A stretch of 64,000 nucleotides of DNA, taken from Octopus sinensis (Eukaryota). This document shows positions 1 through 12,752 of this stretch, piece by piece; the first letter of the stretch is position 1; each line of letters starts with the position of its first letter. Location: assembly GCF_006345805.1 (NCBI RefSeq), contig NC_043001.1, positions 90,086,001 through 90,150,000 on the forward strand, given 5' to 3'. The position numbers were made by a program, and so were the translations under genes. The notes under the pieces were generated by a model that was not told the DNA's origin, ran no database searches, and saw only the letters and a list, made by a program, of their open reading frames with translations.

Positions 1-655
1 CCGATTCGCTCCAAAATTTACAGGGACATGTAGAATGAGGTGACGATGCCCGTGGGCTACCTTAGAAATCCATATCTTGAAAGGTGTGGTTGCTAGGGGC
101 CATCTTCCTCACTCACGCTATTTCCTCCTTTCCCTCTCTTACTCCCCTTCATTTATAACTTTGAGATATCCACTCCCGTTATTTAATGTATTCCCCTCAA
201 CTCCCTTTCACTTTCCCTTTATAAGTTCGTCAGACGGCTTTCTTTGCTGTATCTGTCTGCATTCATAGGGAGAATTATCATCGCTACCAACAACACGCAA
301 TCATGAGAACAAATATTATGAATCAGATATTCATTGCGTTCATTTATATATGTGTGTTCGCTATATAAATATATATATATAATGTATATATACAAAGTGT
401 ATATATCTGTATTTATGTATATTAAACTTTTTAATACTTTTTGATAGTTATATATATATTTAAACAAATTATAAATATAATTTAATAATTTTTATTTTAA
501 ATTTAAATAATTAAAATTTTTCAATTTTATATATTTTCTATATTATATTTTTATTTTTATGTTTTTGTTTTTGTTTTTTTGCCTATTAGTGGTTTTATCT
601 CTAATTTAATTTATACATATGTATATATATATATAATTTGTATATATAATGCGTG

Positions 656-703
<48 letters not shown>

Positions 704-754
704 GTGTGCATTATGTGGTCGGTCGGTTCAGCTGAAAATATGCACACCTATGAA

Positions 755-1843
755 CCCTTTCGTTACTATATTTCTGACCAAAATACACCCCTTATGTGTT
801 TCAATTAATTTCTAACATAATCATAAAGTTAGTCTGGTTTCATTAAACAACTATAACTTTTTTATTTATCAATATATTAATGTGATTTTTGGAAGATAGT
901 TGAATGAAATGTTCTCAACCAATTCTATACTATAATTTTTGTCACAAAGTGACTCTAATTGCAGGTAGATACAGGTAAATTCAACAAAATATAAAATTAT
1001 TAAAATTTTGTTCAAACATCGCTATAGAAAATGGGTTATTAGCTAATATTCAATTGGGTATACAACAAAATTTTGCGATTGAATTTGTTATTCTGGGTAA
1101 CTTTCTGATACCCATAATAATATTTATGGCAAAATAGTCTTAATTTCATTTAAGGTTGTGGAAAACCACTAACTATCCTTTCTTTCGCTTTGTTTACATT
1201 TAGCGTAACGGTTCGTTTCCGCCGTAATGATTTCAAATAGGCTCATTCGAAAAAGTAAAAAGAAATAGTCTAAGGCTTTATTCTCCGGGGAAAGTCTGTG
1301 GCTTGGTCCAGTTTCTTCAGAAAAATCACCGAAAGAAACAGTTTTTCAATTTTCACTCCATTCAGGTGTCAATTCATTTTCTTTATCGCTGTCGGAGCTC
1401 TCGGATTCACTGTTTTCACTTTCAGAAAATGAAACATCAGATTCATTATCAAATACCACGTGCTTTTTTTTTTTTCAGTCATAGAGTTAGATTTATCAAG
1501 GTCTTCAGTAAAAAATCCTTCGAATTCTGACTCGCTGCTTGATATGATGAAATTCGTATCCATTTTTTGTCAGAATTACAAAGTTTGAAAACACAATAGG
1601 AACAAATTTTGGAAAAAAATCTCCCAAAATTCACGGAATTAAAATTACACTTCGATTGTTGTACAAAACTGTAGATGAACTGTTTACGAAGTATAATCAC
1701 GTGTTTTCACGAATGTAATAAAGAGATTTGCTCTGATATTCTCATTTAAATATGAATAGGTAAATACGGGCGGGTTTGGGCGGTTTGGTCACATTAACAA
1801 AAATTTTTTTCGGGCGGCTTTGGGCGGTTTGGTAACGAAAGGG
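755..1843 (-). mobile_element. piggyBac-family DNA transposon, internally deleted copy with both ends
   Basis: TIR CCCTTTCGTTAC at 755-766 and its complement GTAACGAAAGGG ending 1843. Flanks are TGAA (751-754, a mutated TTAA) and TTAA (1844-1847). Minus-strand acidic N-terminus MDTNFIISSSESEFEGFF (1563 leftwards) precedes a decayed transposase segment nearly identical to 46041-46340. GGGCGGTTTGG subterminal repeats at 1768-1836. Confidence 0.85.
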
Positions 1844-2587
1844 TTAAAAGTGCTGCAAGTTTGCATGACAACTATTTTTTCCTCAAATGAAAGGCGTCAC
1901 CTCTAGGACAAAATTCCTCATCTTATAAAATGTGGCCCCAGTAGACCCGAATGAAATCGGGTTATATTAACTAAAAGGTGAAAAGGGGTATAAATGGGGC
2001 TGGAAGGGGATTAAAATTTAAAGGAGCGAGTGTTTAGGAATTCTCTGTTACATCAAGCTAAAAAATTTGCGCCAGCCTTTTAATCTTCAATGTGTTGCCG
2101 TCCACGATGAAGAGGTTTTGAATGCTTGCCATGGTGAGTCTACTGTCGTGAGAAAGAATCACTTCAAAACTTGGTGTTTACGAATTTTCTTTTACATCAA
2201 GTTCAAAATTTTACCCCAGCCGTTAAACTGTCAATACGTTGCTGTCCGTCGTTAAGAAATGCCAGTCATGGTGACTCTACTATCCTCAGATTCTATCCCT
2301 TCAAACTTTGCTTTCCAATATTTTATTATTTTTATTCAGCTCGCAATTTCGTCTGTCCCTTTTAAATGTTAGCGTTTTGCTGTCTGCCTTGAAGCAGACC
2401 TTTCCGTAGCCACTGCCTGATATTTATGATTGATCTTTCTAAATATTTTATTTCTCAACTTACCCAAGATCTTTTGTTGTTTATAAATGGGAGAGAGATA
2501 GATAAAGATAGAGAGTAAGAGAAAGCGAGGGAGAGTCCGAGAGAAAATAAAAGTAAGAGAGTGGGAAAGTGAGAGAGAAAGGAGAGA

Positions 2588-2925
2588 GAAACAAAGAGGG
2601 AGAATCATCATCATCGTTTAACGTCCGTTTTCCGTCCCAGCACGGGTTGGACAGTTTGACCGGGGTCTGGGAAGCCAGGAGGCTGCACCAGGCTCCAGTC
2701 TGATCTGGCAGTGTTTCTACATGTGGATGACCTTCCTAAAGCCAACCACTCTGTGAGTGTAGTGGGTGCTTTTTTCGTGCCGCCGGCATAGGTGCCAGGG
2801 GGGCTCGCAGCGGCAACGATCGGTTGGTGCTTTTTACGTGCCACTGGCACAGAAGCCAGTCAAGGCGGCGCTGCAATCGGCCACGTTCGGATGGTGCTTT
2901 TTACGTGCTGAAAGGAAGCAACAGA
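2588..2925 (-). mobile_element. 5'-truncated SINE-like retroposon with (GAT)n tail (family E)
   Basis: Minus strand ends ...GGACGTTAAACGATGATGATGAT. The motif GGTGCTTTTTACGTGCC is repeated three times internally (about 2765, 2825, 2892). The stretch is GC-rich against an AT-rich background. Confidence 0.6.
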
Positions 2926-3110
2926 AAGTAACAACCACACTCTTACCCGCGCGTAGAGCGGGTCACCTTCAGCTAGTATATATATATAATCTTTTATCGG
3001 ATGTGATTATGCTAGACACTACTATAGCATATCTATAATGCTTACATAATTGACTGTGATTAACTAGATAAGTAATTATATTATAGTTAATTACATTTTA
3101 TCTCCCATTC

Positions 3111-3114
<4 letters not shown>

Positions 3115-3195
<81 letters not shown>

Positions 3196-3196
3196 A
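3115..3196. repeat. (TCTA)n microsatellite
   Basis: About 20 perfect TCTA units read directly. Confidence 0.95.
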
Positions 3197-4013
3197 GTCA
3201 TATATCTTACAGACACACACTCACGCACATTTATAAACGTACATATTTATACACACGCGTTTATATATGTGCGTGCGTGTATGTACGCTTTACACATAAA
3301 TGCAGATTAGAACTCTAATTATTATTTTCTGTTCTATTGTTTAAATCTACAATTCTAACTTACATTAATTTTTTTTTAAAGGAGTTCAGTAAGTATCTCT
3401 CAACACCTTAATAGGATTAAATAATTTTAATGGAATTAAGATTCATTAAGATACATTATCAACGTAATTATTTGCGTTATATCCACGATAATTACGTTGA
3501 CAATTATTGCCTATATTCACAATAAGCGACAATAATTTAAAATAGTAAAAGCTGCCAGCAACAAAAACGCGTGCGACACAATATCTATTCTGAAATTGTA
3601 ATCATTTCATTATCTCATATTGTTAATGCCCTTGTAAAATTAATGAATATCACAACATACCAGGTGGTTTTTCTGAAACTAGGGTTTTGTGTACTTAAGC
3701 AAGAAATCAATAATTTTATTGTTTGTATGTTAGTGTGGATATTGATTTTTTCCGGTCTATTATTAGCATCTATTTTGTGTATTGAAGCACATTTTTACTT
3801 ATATTCTGTATCCCTTTTGATATTATAGATGTATAATAAGCTTTGATGCGGTACACATTATATAATATATATAATATATGATATACATTATTTTGATAAT
3901 CTTTTGATAATAAATTTACTTCATGCTGTTGTCTATCTGACTCGCTTTCTCTTTCGTTGTGTCTTATTTTCTCTCCTGCTTTCTCTTTACCCGTGTGTGA
4001 GTGTGCGCGTGTG

Positions 4014-4014
<1 letters not shown>

Positions 4015-4084
<70 letters not shown>

Positions 4085-4085
4085 T
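4015..4085. repeat. (GA)n microsatellite
   Basis: Read directly. Confidence 0.95.
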
Positions 4086-4599
4086 TACGTATAAATACAC
4101 ACACATATGTATAAACATAGTATATACGATGCCGGTTGTACTGACAATCCATTCATAATATGTTAAAATTTCCCTTACGGGGTGGAGCGAGAGAGATAAA
4201 GAAAGAAGAATAGGTAGATGGACAGATAGATGGAGAAAGAAAGAAAGAAAGATAGAAAGAAAGCAAGAAAGAAAGAGAAAGAGAGAGAGGGAGGGAGAGA
4301 ATGGTGTGAGCAGGAATCTTGCATTAACTGTTAGCCACTCTAAATAGAATAAGATGTCTTCTAAATTTGGAATTTAAGATTACGTTAATTCACGCTTGAC
4401 TTAATGTGCTAAAAAACAAAACAAACAAAAACAAACTGAAAAAAAAAAAAAGAATCAAAGCAAAAAAAAAGTGAATCTGACCTTTGTTTCAGAGACGGAT
4501 ATCAATGACCTGAGTTCCGTCTCATCAGTATCGTCTTGTCTTGTTCAGTGAAAAGTACATTCAGTATAGTATTGTCCTGTAAATTAGCAACGGCAATCG

Positions 4600-5400
4600 G
4601 ATTTAGAATTCAGTCAAGTTTTGTTTTCGAGTTAGTAAATCTGGTATTAAAATTATTACGCTCTAATTTACGTTAGTTCTATTAGATTTAAACATATGAG
4701 TAGGTTTTATTTAAGGAAAATATGGAATCAAACGATGAGAACGAATTTCAGGAATTAATTGGAATTTATAATTTAGATTTACTTCGAGAGAAATTTCGCT
4801 GTGAGTAGTTTGATCATTTTACCGCGACGAACGATTATTCATTTTGCCAATAAGATTGATCATACAATGGATGCTGTATGATCATAAGATGGATGCTGTT
4901 TATAAACTGATTCAAAGAATTAGATTTAAAGATTACAGTTGATAGGAATCTAAGTGTAAGTCAATTTGTTAAGCATAACTTCCGATTTAGGCACAAGTAA
5001 ATAACACCTTTATAGTTAACTTCATGAGAAATTACAGTACATTAATAACATTTCAAACCACTCTCCAATAGTCCTGAAAAACTTAGTTACATCAGTATGC
5101 ACATATCCAACATATCGTCTGATGAGGAATCAGGCGTTTGATCATGCCACTCGCTACTTCAATGACGGATTAACGGGTTAAAACAGTGTTTTGAAACACA
5201 GAATACATTACATATAGAGCAATACTAATATTCTCAAATACAAAATTGGAAACGTAAACGTATATGGTAAAATTATTTTTATAGCTTACAATGTCGTACT
5301 AAAATAGGTAAAAAAATCTAATCGTAAAGTACTGCCAGCCAAAATATATTTCGATGTCTTTTCGAGTTTTATTCTTAGGTTGTGACATTTTGTTTAACGT
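4600..5400 (+). pseudogene. Decayed Penelope-like element (PLE) reverse transcriptase, Naiad/Chlamys-like motif pattern
   Basis: Manual translation across frameshifts and stops gives MESNDENEFQELIGIYNL (4722), YRDE (4820), FKELDLKITVDRNL (4911), YINNISNHSPIVLK (about 5037-5080), ISNISSDEE..FDHATRYFNDGL (5103-5170) and KRKRIW (about 5250). These are collinear with the PLE RT/thumb pattern MGSxDGAEVCELVGxYxL..YRDDGL..FKxxGLKITI..YINxxSNHPP..ISxxSSxxxxF..RKRxxIW as I recall it. Too decayed to appear in the ORF track. Confidence 0.75.
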
Positions 5401-5922
5401 TTAAACTACCCGACTGTGAAGAGTAGGTGAAGAGTTATGGTTTAAGAAACTTCATATTTTAACAAAATATATACACTCTGTTTTATGCATTGAGTACTTT
5501 TATCCATTTTTGTAACTCAGACTTTCAGTAATCCATACACACATACGTGTATAGACACGTGTATACACACACATGCATACACATATACATATATATGTAT
5601 GCACATACACCCACACACCCACACATACACACACAAATAAATTGATAGAAGGAGAAAGGAAAGAGTGAACTGTGGTTAACCACAAGCTCTGTTTACACAA
5701 GGTGTCTAAATTTATATTCGTTGAACGAAAACATATAAGCTGATTTTCAATTTATTCCCGCACACATCATTCTACTTCAATACTTTAATTAATTTATGCG
5801 CATAGTCATTGAAGTAACTGATATGTAAATGAATGATTTGGGTGTCTACTGTTCATAGCACTTTTAATAAATAATTCTGTGGTCATTTCCTCGCAGTGTT
5901 GCTGCATAGTTATTAATGTTGC

Positions 5923-6010
5923 CACTACTAATCGTGATGATGTCACTACTAATCGTGATGATGTCACTAATGATCGTGGTGATGTCACTGCCGATCATGA
6001 TCACGTCACT
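5923..6010. repeat. 21-bp minisatellite, 4 units, decaying rightwards
   Basis: CACTACTAATCGTGATGATGT x2 (5923-5964), then CACTAATGATCGTGGTGATGT and CACTGCCGATCATGATCACGT. Confidence 0.85.
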
Positions 6011-6489
6011 CCCAATGTTGTGGTTGAGGTTATTTTTGTGCTATGGTTTGCGTAAACGAACTTGTTAACTATGCAACCATGTTTTAAATCAACAGGATGA
6101 TTGCGGAGGTAATAATCACCTTCTCTTCACAGTGGGATTGGTGCTTCACCGTGCCGTATGATACGCTAGCCTGCCATACGATGTCCAGCATACCTTGGAG
6201 GTAATATTTCGGGGCCTATATTAGCGCGGTGTATTGCACTGCTTGCAATTTCTTGGAGACATAAACTGAGGCACAAACACCGACTGAATAAGCTCAAGTG
6301 ATACTTGTAGAGGTTAATGAGAGCTTGTTATGAGAAAAAAAATCACTCTTCTTAAACATTTGAAGCGCATCCACCATATTTCTTCTCTCGCAATTGCTAC
6401 CATAAATATGATTCATTCTTGCCAAAGGAAAGTGATGGTTCAATCTTTAAGGTAGTCTCAGCTGATAACTAGATTAATCCTGAACATGA

Positions 6490-6725
6490 TAAGAGATGAT
6501 CGACATAAACAACTCAGCCATACCCTACCCACTCGTCGTTCAACCTTCTCTCGTCCTTCTTGGTGCGTCCAAACACCTCGACCTCGAACTAGCCATTATG
6601 TCCAGTTCTTGCTTTCCCGAATGTTGGTCCTCTGGAATCTCTTCCGCGCTCGTACCTTTCCTGCACGTGTTGACCTGTTACAGTTTAAACAGAAAATTAA
6701 TGGCATCAAGGTCACCGGTCTCGAA
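6490..6725 (+). pseudogene. Decayed 3' end of a CR1/L2/Jockey-group LINE ORF2
   Basis: ORF 6486-6737 contains PRTSHYVQFLLSRMLVLWNLFRARTFPARVDLLQFKQKIN, matching the ORF2 C-terminal pattern RTxxYxxSFxxRxxxLWNxLPxxxFPxxxxLxxFKxxxN. Confidence 0.6.
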
Positions 6726-8143
6726 AGCTTCCAGTGATCATGGGCAATGATCCTTCTTCAAGACTCAACAAGAACCACCCATTCAAACATCACTAATACA
6801 CAGACATTGAATGACAGTGTACTGAGCAAGTCTGTAAAGCTGTGTGCATCTCGGAGAGGTTCTGTCAGTTGCTGGTGACTCCTACTCGGACTATGCAGTT
6901 TATTCTAACAAGCAATACTCGCATGGACTACTGTGAGATTAAGGTCTTTTGGAAATTGTTCATAATACCAGATTTGAACGTCCTTCAGAGAGAGACTTAC
7001 AGGTCTTATACTTGATGGTCCTCATCGACCTTCTGAATCGTTTCCAAGCCATCATAGCACATACCCTCCACTAACCATATATAGAAATCAAGATTTAACT
7101 TTCCACCGACCACACGATTTAGCTGGAAGAGTGCACTGATTATCAAACAATACTATGGCAGCTCACCCGCATACAACTGATCGGCCGACAGCTAGGGTGA
7201 ATCAGGGCTCTACACATCTTATTGGACTCACCTTTTTCTCTTTTCTCCCTTCCCCATTAAACGGGTAAGATTACCCTTCTTCATTTGCTTCCCATATTCG
7301 CAAGAAAATGTTGGTAGAAAATTTTGCCCCTATAAAGGACCGCATACTATCCAAACCTCCTTAGAACAAGGTAAGATTTTCGACCATCTTCGGAGGTGCA
7401 ACCGTTGATGTGACAAGCAGTGTTGCTCGAATAGCAGCTTCTAGAATCTGAGTTACTGTTAGCTGGTTCTGCTGCTGTTGCTGCTGTTATTCGCCTTTCT
7501 GTCCGTAAGCACATACATGGAAACAGGGTTTTCTACCTTGCATCACTAATCTCATATAAATTACATATCTATGAATTTGTAAAATTAAAGAGTCGCTTAT
7601 TTTTCATAGCATGGACGTGTTTAAATAGGTAATTGTCCAATATGTTAAAAGCACTGTAAAATTTCTTTGACAGGCCAAACTTCACCATCATCTTAAACAA
7701 AGAAGAATATATAAAATTTTCTATTCTTACGTAATCATTTAAAACGACTGAATCATCACTACCAAAATGCCTTTGAGCAGATGTTTACTCGCTGAGGGTG
7801 ATCCGAGGCTAGTCAACTACCATTAACACTACTACCACTACAACCCAACTCAACAACGGCAACGACCATGACGGTATCATTGTCGTTGTCATCCTTGGAG
7901 TCAGATGAGCGGGCTCTTATGCCTGAAAAAGCATAAAAGTATAAAACGATAAAAGCTGCAATTAAAAGCTCGTACAATGAAAATAAATCTGCCACAGGAA
8001 GAAACAGAGGAGAATATGCTGTTTCGGGTGATACCACTTATCAAGCGGAAGAAAATACTTAAGAGAGGCAAGAGTAAGAGAAGAAAATGCACGATATCAA
8101 ACTTAATAAGTCTGGTTAGATGACAGGTTTGAGGTAGAATATA

Positions 8144-8352
8144 CGAAGGGGTACTGAAAAGTACCTGGCTTTGGGTAAAAGGAAATACAGGAGGATCAGT
8201 TAATTATGATTTTATCCAACATATTCACCTCTCAGGTTCACACACTTATTTTAGCAGTCCTTCAGCTTTTCTGAGCCCTGTAAAAGAAGGTGGGACCTCC
8301 AGCGAGGTCTTTCACGTTGCTCTTAAAGCCAGAAACTTTTCAGCACCTCTCG
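8144..8352. mobile_element. mariner-derived MITE (~209 bp)
   Basis: Left end TA|CGAAGGGGTACTGAAAAGTACCTGGCTTT; right end AAAGCCAGAAACTTTTCAGCACCTCTCG|TG, an imperfect ~29-bp TIR. No coding capacity. The TIR resembles that of the mariner at 25833-26885. Confidence 0.75.
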
Positions 8353-9139
8353 TGAATCCTGCGAACCGACCGGCGCCCGTTCATGTGGGCTGATGGATGA
8401 ATATATACTCCACAGAATCTGGGAAACCGGCTTTATGAGCCTCTGTCTCGCAGGGGTGTGAAGAACTCAAGATTGCAAGAGATGGTTTCACAAACAGTTC
8501 CACAAACAGATTCACACGTATACAGATTACAGTTTCAGGAAAAACTCTTAAATAAGCAGACGAATAATATGTTACTTTCCTTTTAGATAACGTGCATCAA
8601 AAATATTCGTTATCTGTCGTTATTATTTCAAAAAGAGTAGCGGGGAAGTTGATGAAAGCCTTATACGAAAACCGCTGCATCTACATCAAAAGGTTTCATA
8701 TTGTTAACGTATATATTTAATATTATTTTTTTTCATTATCTTGTATATAAAAATAAAAATGTTTCGTTTATTTCATTGATTGCTTGACAATCGATGGAAC
8801 TTGAAACTGCCAGTCGCAGTTTATGTAATTCCAGCTTGAATAAAATTAATGTGTGCGTATATGTGTGTGTGTGCGTGCATGTGAATGTGTATGATTTGTG
8901 TGCGCTTGTATATTATGTAATATGTATCTATAATATATATATATGAACGCACACAACAACTATATGCATACATATATGTATGCATGCATGTGTATATTCA
9001 TGTGCATATAGTGATGTATAAAAATATATATTTAATGATAAGTATAGCATTTGTTACATATACAAGTGTGTACATATGCATGTATTTATTTATAAATCAG
9101 CATATTTAATGAGTTTTCTCTTAGCAGTTTATCGAAAAC

Positions 9140-10145
<1,006 letters not shown>

Positions 10146-10629
10146 TACAAAGATCTATTATTAACTTCAATTCCGAATCATGACAACTGGCATTCTGTTC
10201 TGACATGTGTCTTTTCTAACAACCAACAAAATGACATCGTTTGTTACATGATTGGCAGACATGTTCTTTTTAGGTGGCGTTGCTCTATTATTAGCCTGCT
10301 TTGGTTCACGTAATATTGTGTAGCTAGCAAAACTAGCTTTAGAAACACAAACTCGGTTACAAATTGAATATTTGTGGGGAATATTTCCATCTATGTCATC
10401 TTTTTTTCGCTTTTCGTTTCAGCTTTGCATGTCTAATGCAATTCTCTTCAAAATTCTCGGACGCATTAAATATATATTTCCCCATAGGGCCATATTTATT
10501 ACTATTATTTCTCAATTTTCCAGGTGAACTTTACTTCTTGCTTTTTATACAGATTTAATTACCTGTTTTACATAGTAGTTTTTAAAAAGCGCTTGTTTCT
10601 CAGGTTTGCTTTTCGGGAGCCTCTATCTA

Positions 10630-10776
10630 AACACATACATACATATAGATATATACATACATACCTACATACATACATACATATATACATCTACATACAT
10701 ATGTATACATGTATATATATATACATGTATGTATATAAATTATATATGTATATATATATATTTATATATTATATAT

Positions 10777-10854
<78 letters not shown>

Positions 10855-10860
10855 CATATA
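10630..10860. repeat. Compound (TACA)n/(TA)n microsatellite
   Basis: Read directly. Confidence 0.95.
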
Positions 10861-10889
10861 TGTAGATGTTTTGCAAACAATTTGCACAA

Positions 10890-11206
10890 GCGTGGCATCT
10901 TGAGCAAGTGTCTTCTGCTATAGCCCCGGGCCGACCAATGCCTTGTGAGTAGATTTGGTAGACGGAAACTGAAAGAAGCCTGTCGTATATATGTATGTGT
11001 GTGTGTTTGTTCCCCTAGCATTACTTGACAACCGATGCTGGTGTGTTTACGTCCCCGTCACTTAGCGGTTCGGCAAAAAGATACCGATAGAATAAGTACT
11101 GGGCTTACAAAAAGAATAAGTCCCGGGGTCGAGTTGCTCGACTAAAGGCGGTGCTCCAGCATGACCGCAGTCAAATGACTGGAACAAGTAAATGAGTAAA
11201 TGAGTA
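10890..11206 (+). mobile_element. SINE family B (tRNA head + CORE-like segment + internal microsatellite), 5'-truncated
   Basis: Shares GGCATCTTGAGCAAGTGTCTTCTGCTATAGCCCCGGGCCGACC...GAAAGAAGCCTGTCG(TA)n(TG)n...GACAACCGATGCTGGTGTGTTTACGTCCCCG...GGCGGTGCTCCAGCATG...ACAAGTAA with 17001-17428. Confidence 0.85.
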
Positions 11207-11438
11207 TGAATATGCAAGTGCTACCAGTCGAAAGCCCCGCATACCGGAAGCCAAAAGTGTATGGGGTCATCAGGAGAGAATGCGCGCCGGCCCGCCTCAC
11301 TGATATGAGGCCCTGCTTACAAACCAACTGGTTATCAAATAAAGTTTATTATTCTTCTAGCCAATTATGTATATACGTATACATACATACATACATACAT
11401 ACATACATACATACATACATACATACATACATACATAA

Positions 11439-11641
11439 TTTTATTTAATTTCTTCGCAGGAAGGATTAGTTCCACGAGTCGTGTTCTGTCCTCACCTTCG
11501 AAACACGCTGGAGTTGAATTAGGGACAGCTGATGAAGGGGATTTTTCCTTGTGTAGTTTGTCTTGTACTCTGTTTTTTTCGTTTAGGTCCGTTTCCACGT
11601 TTGTTTTTACGTTTTCGTTTCTCGTTGAGTTCTACGTCTAT
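11439..11641 (+). other. Unassigned ~200-bp element carrying a candidate permuted hammerhead ribozyme (core 11480-11540)
   Basis: Contains CUGAUGA (11529-11535), GAAAC (11500-11504) and a GUU triplet (11483-11485), with stems I and III pairing in exact register (see findings). Single copy in this window, between (TACA)n and (TA)n tracts. Confidence 0.5.
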
Positions 11642-11756
11642 TTGTGGTGACCTGTACTCACGTATATATATTTATATATGCATGTATATATACATGTAGA
11701 TGTAGGTACGTACATATATGTATGTATGTATGCATATATTTTATTTATTACACTAT

Positions 11757-11824
<68 letters not shown>

Positions 11825-11825
<1 letters not shown>

Positions 11826-12672
11826 TCGAGGTCTGATCAATAAGTATCCGAAGTGTTGCCATAGTAATGAAGCTAAAATACGCAGAGTAAAGCCGCTTGG
11901 CAAAGATTGATCTCGGACTCTGCTGTGCATGTGCATTAAGTTTTAACGTTCTACCTCACAGCAATGCTTCGAAGAAAGGTATGTAGCGTGTGATCGTCGC
12001 ATTGACCATGACAGAGAAAGTTGTCATGGCCATATCTGCTTAGAGGCCTGCACAAAGTTGCAGAAAGTGTATGGAGAGGAGTGTATGAGCCGCACACAAG
12101 TGCACGAGTAGGTCAGACGTTTCCAAGATAGCCGAAAAAAAAAATGTCGATATTGACGAACGTTCTGGGAGACGCACAACCAGCAGAACTGAGAAAAATA
12201 TTGCAGGTGTGCGTGCAGCTGTGAATGAAAATTGTTGAATCACCATCTGCGAGTTATCAGAGGATGTGCAGCTTAGTTACAGTTCAGTTCAGCCCATCAT
12301 CACAGAAGATTTGGGTATGAGACCAAAAAAGACACCCAGCTTTTAGATGCGCAAGATCACCTAGATTGTTTAGGGAAGGATAAAAACATTTTGAAAACTT
12401 TGCGTAGGCCTCTGACCAGGTATCGCCAAGCTTTTGGCAAAATTTGATGCAGACTCTCTGCTCAACTTTCTCTGTCATGGTCAATGCGACAATCACACAA
12501 TACACGCGTTCTTTCCAAGCACTGCTGTAAACAGCGGAAGTAAGTTAGAACGTTAAAAGTTAGTGCGCACACACAGCAGAGTTCAAGGTTAGTCTGTGCC
12601 AAGCAGCTTTACTCTGCGTGCTTTAGCTTCGTAACTATGGCAACAATCCGGATATTTATTGATCAGGCCGCG
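11825..12672. mobile_element. Fold-back mariner derivative made of two inverted 5' ends
   Basis: Both arms start (T)CG(A/C)GG(T/C)CTGATCAATAA..TATCCG next to TA and run into ATGACAGAGAAAGTTG. The left arm continues ...LQKVYGEECMSRTQVHE..DERSGR..ITEDLGMR on the plus strand. The right arm gives MTEKVEQRVCIKFCQKLGDT on the minus strand (ORF 12284-12505). Confidence 0.85.
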
Positions 12673-12713
12673 TATGTGTGTTTATATATATATATATATG
12701 AGAGTGTATGTGC

Positions 12714-12752
<39 letters not shown>

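Noticed and set aside
200-240. Minus-strand CUGACGA-ACUU..AAGU-GAAA hammerhead-like motif
   Set aside because: A 4-bp stem II is possible, but position 15.2 is G and no stem III, NUH or stem I partner could be found; it lies in a purine-rich low-complexity tract.
1-240. Possible Helentron/DINE-like fragment at the window start (and at 1860-2040)
   Set aside because: Only a vague resemblance; no diagnostic subterminal inverted repeats or termini could be defined.
5118-5126. CTGATGAG motif
   Set aside because: It encodes S-D-E within the PLE RT relic, and no adjacent stem II or GAAA follows.
5923-6010. CRISPR-like regular repeats
   Set aside because: Head-to-tail 21-bp units with no unique spacers and no cas genes, in eukaryotic DNA; it is a minisatellite.
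8586-8693. Possible exon (TTTTAG|ATAACG...AAAAG|GTTTCA) with an open frame DNVHQKYSLSVV..YIKR
   Set aside because: Weak donor site, no recognisable protein similarity and no partner exons; cannot be supported without transcript data.
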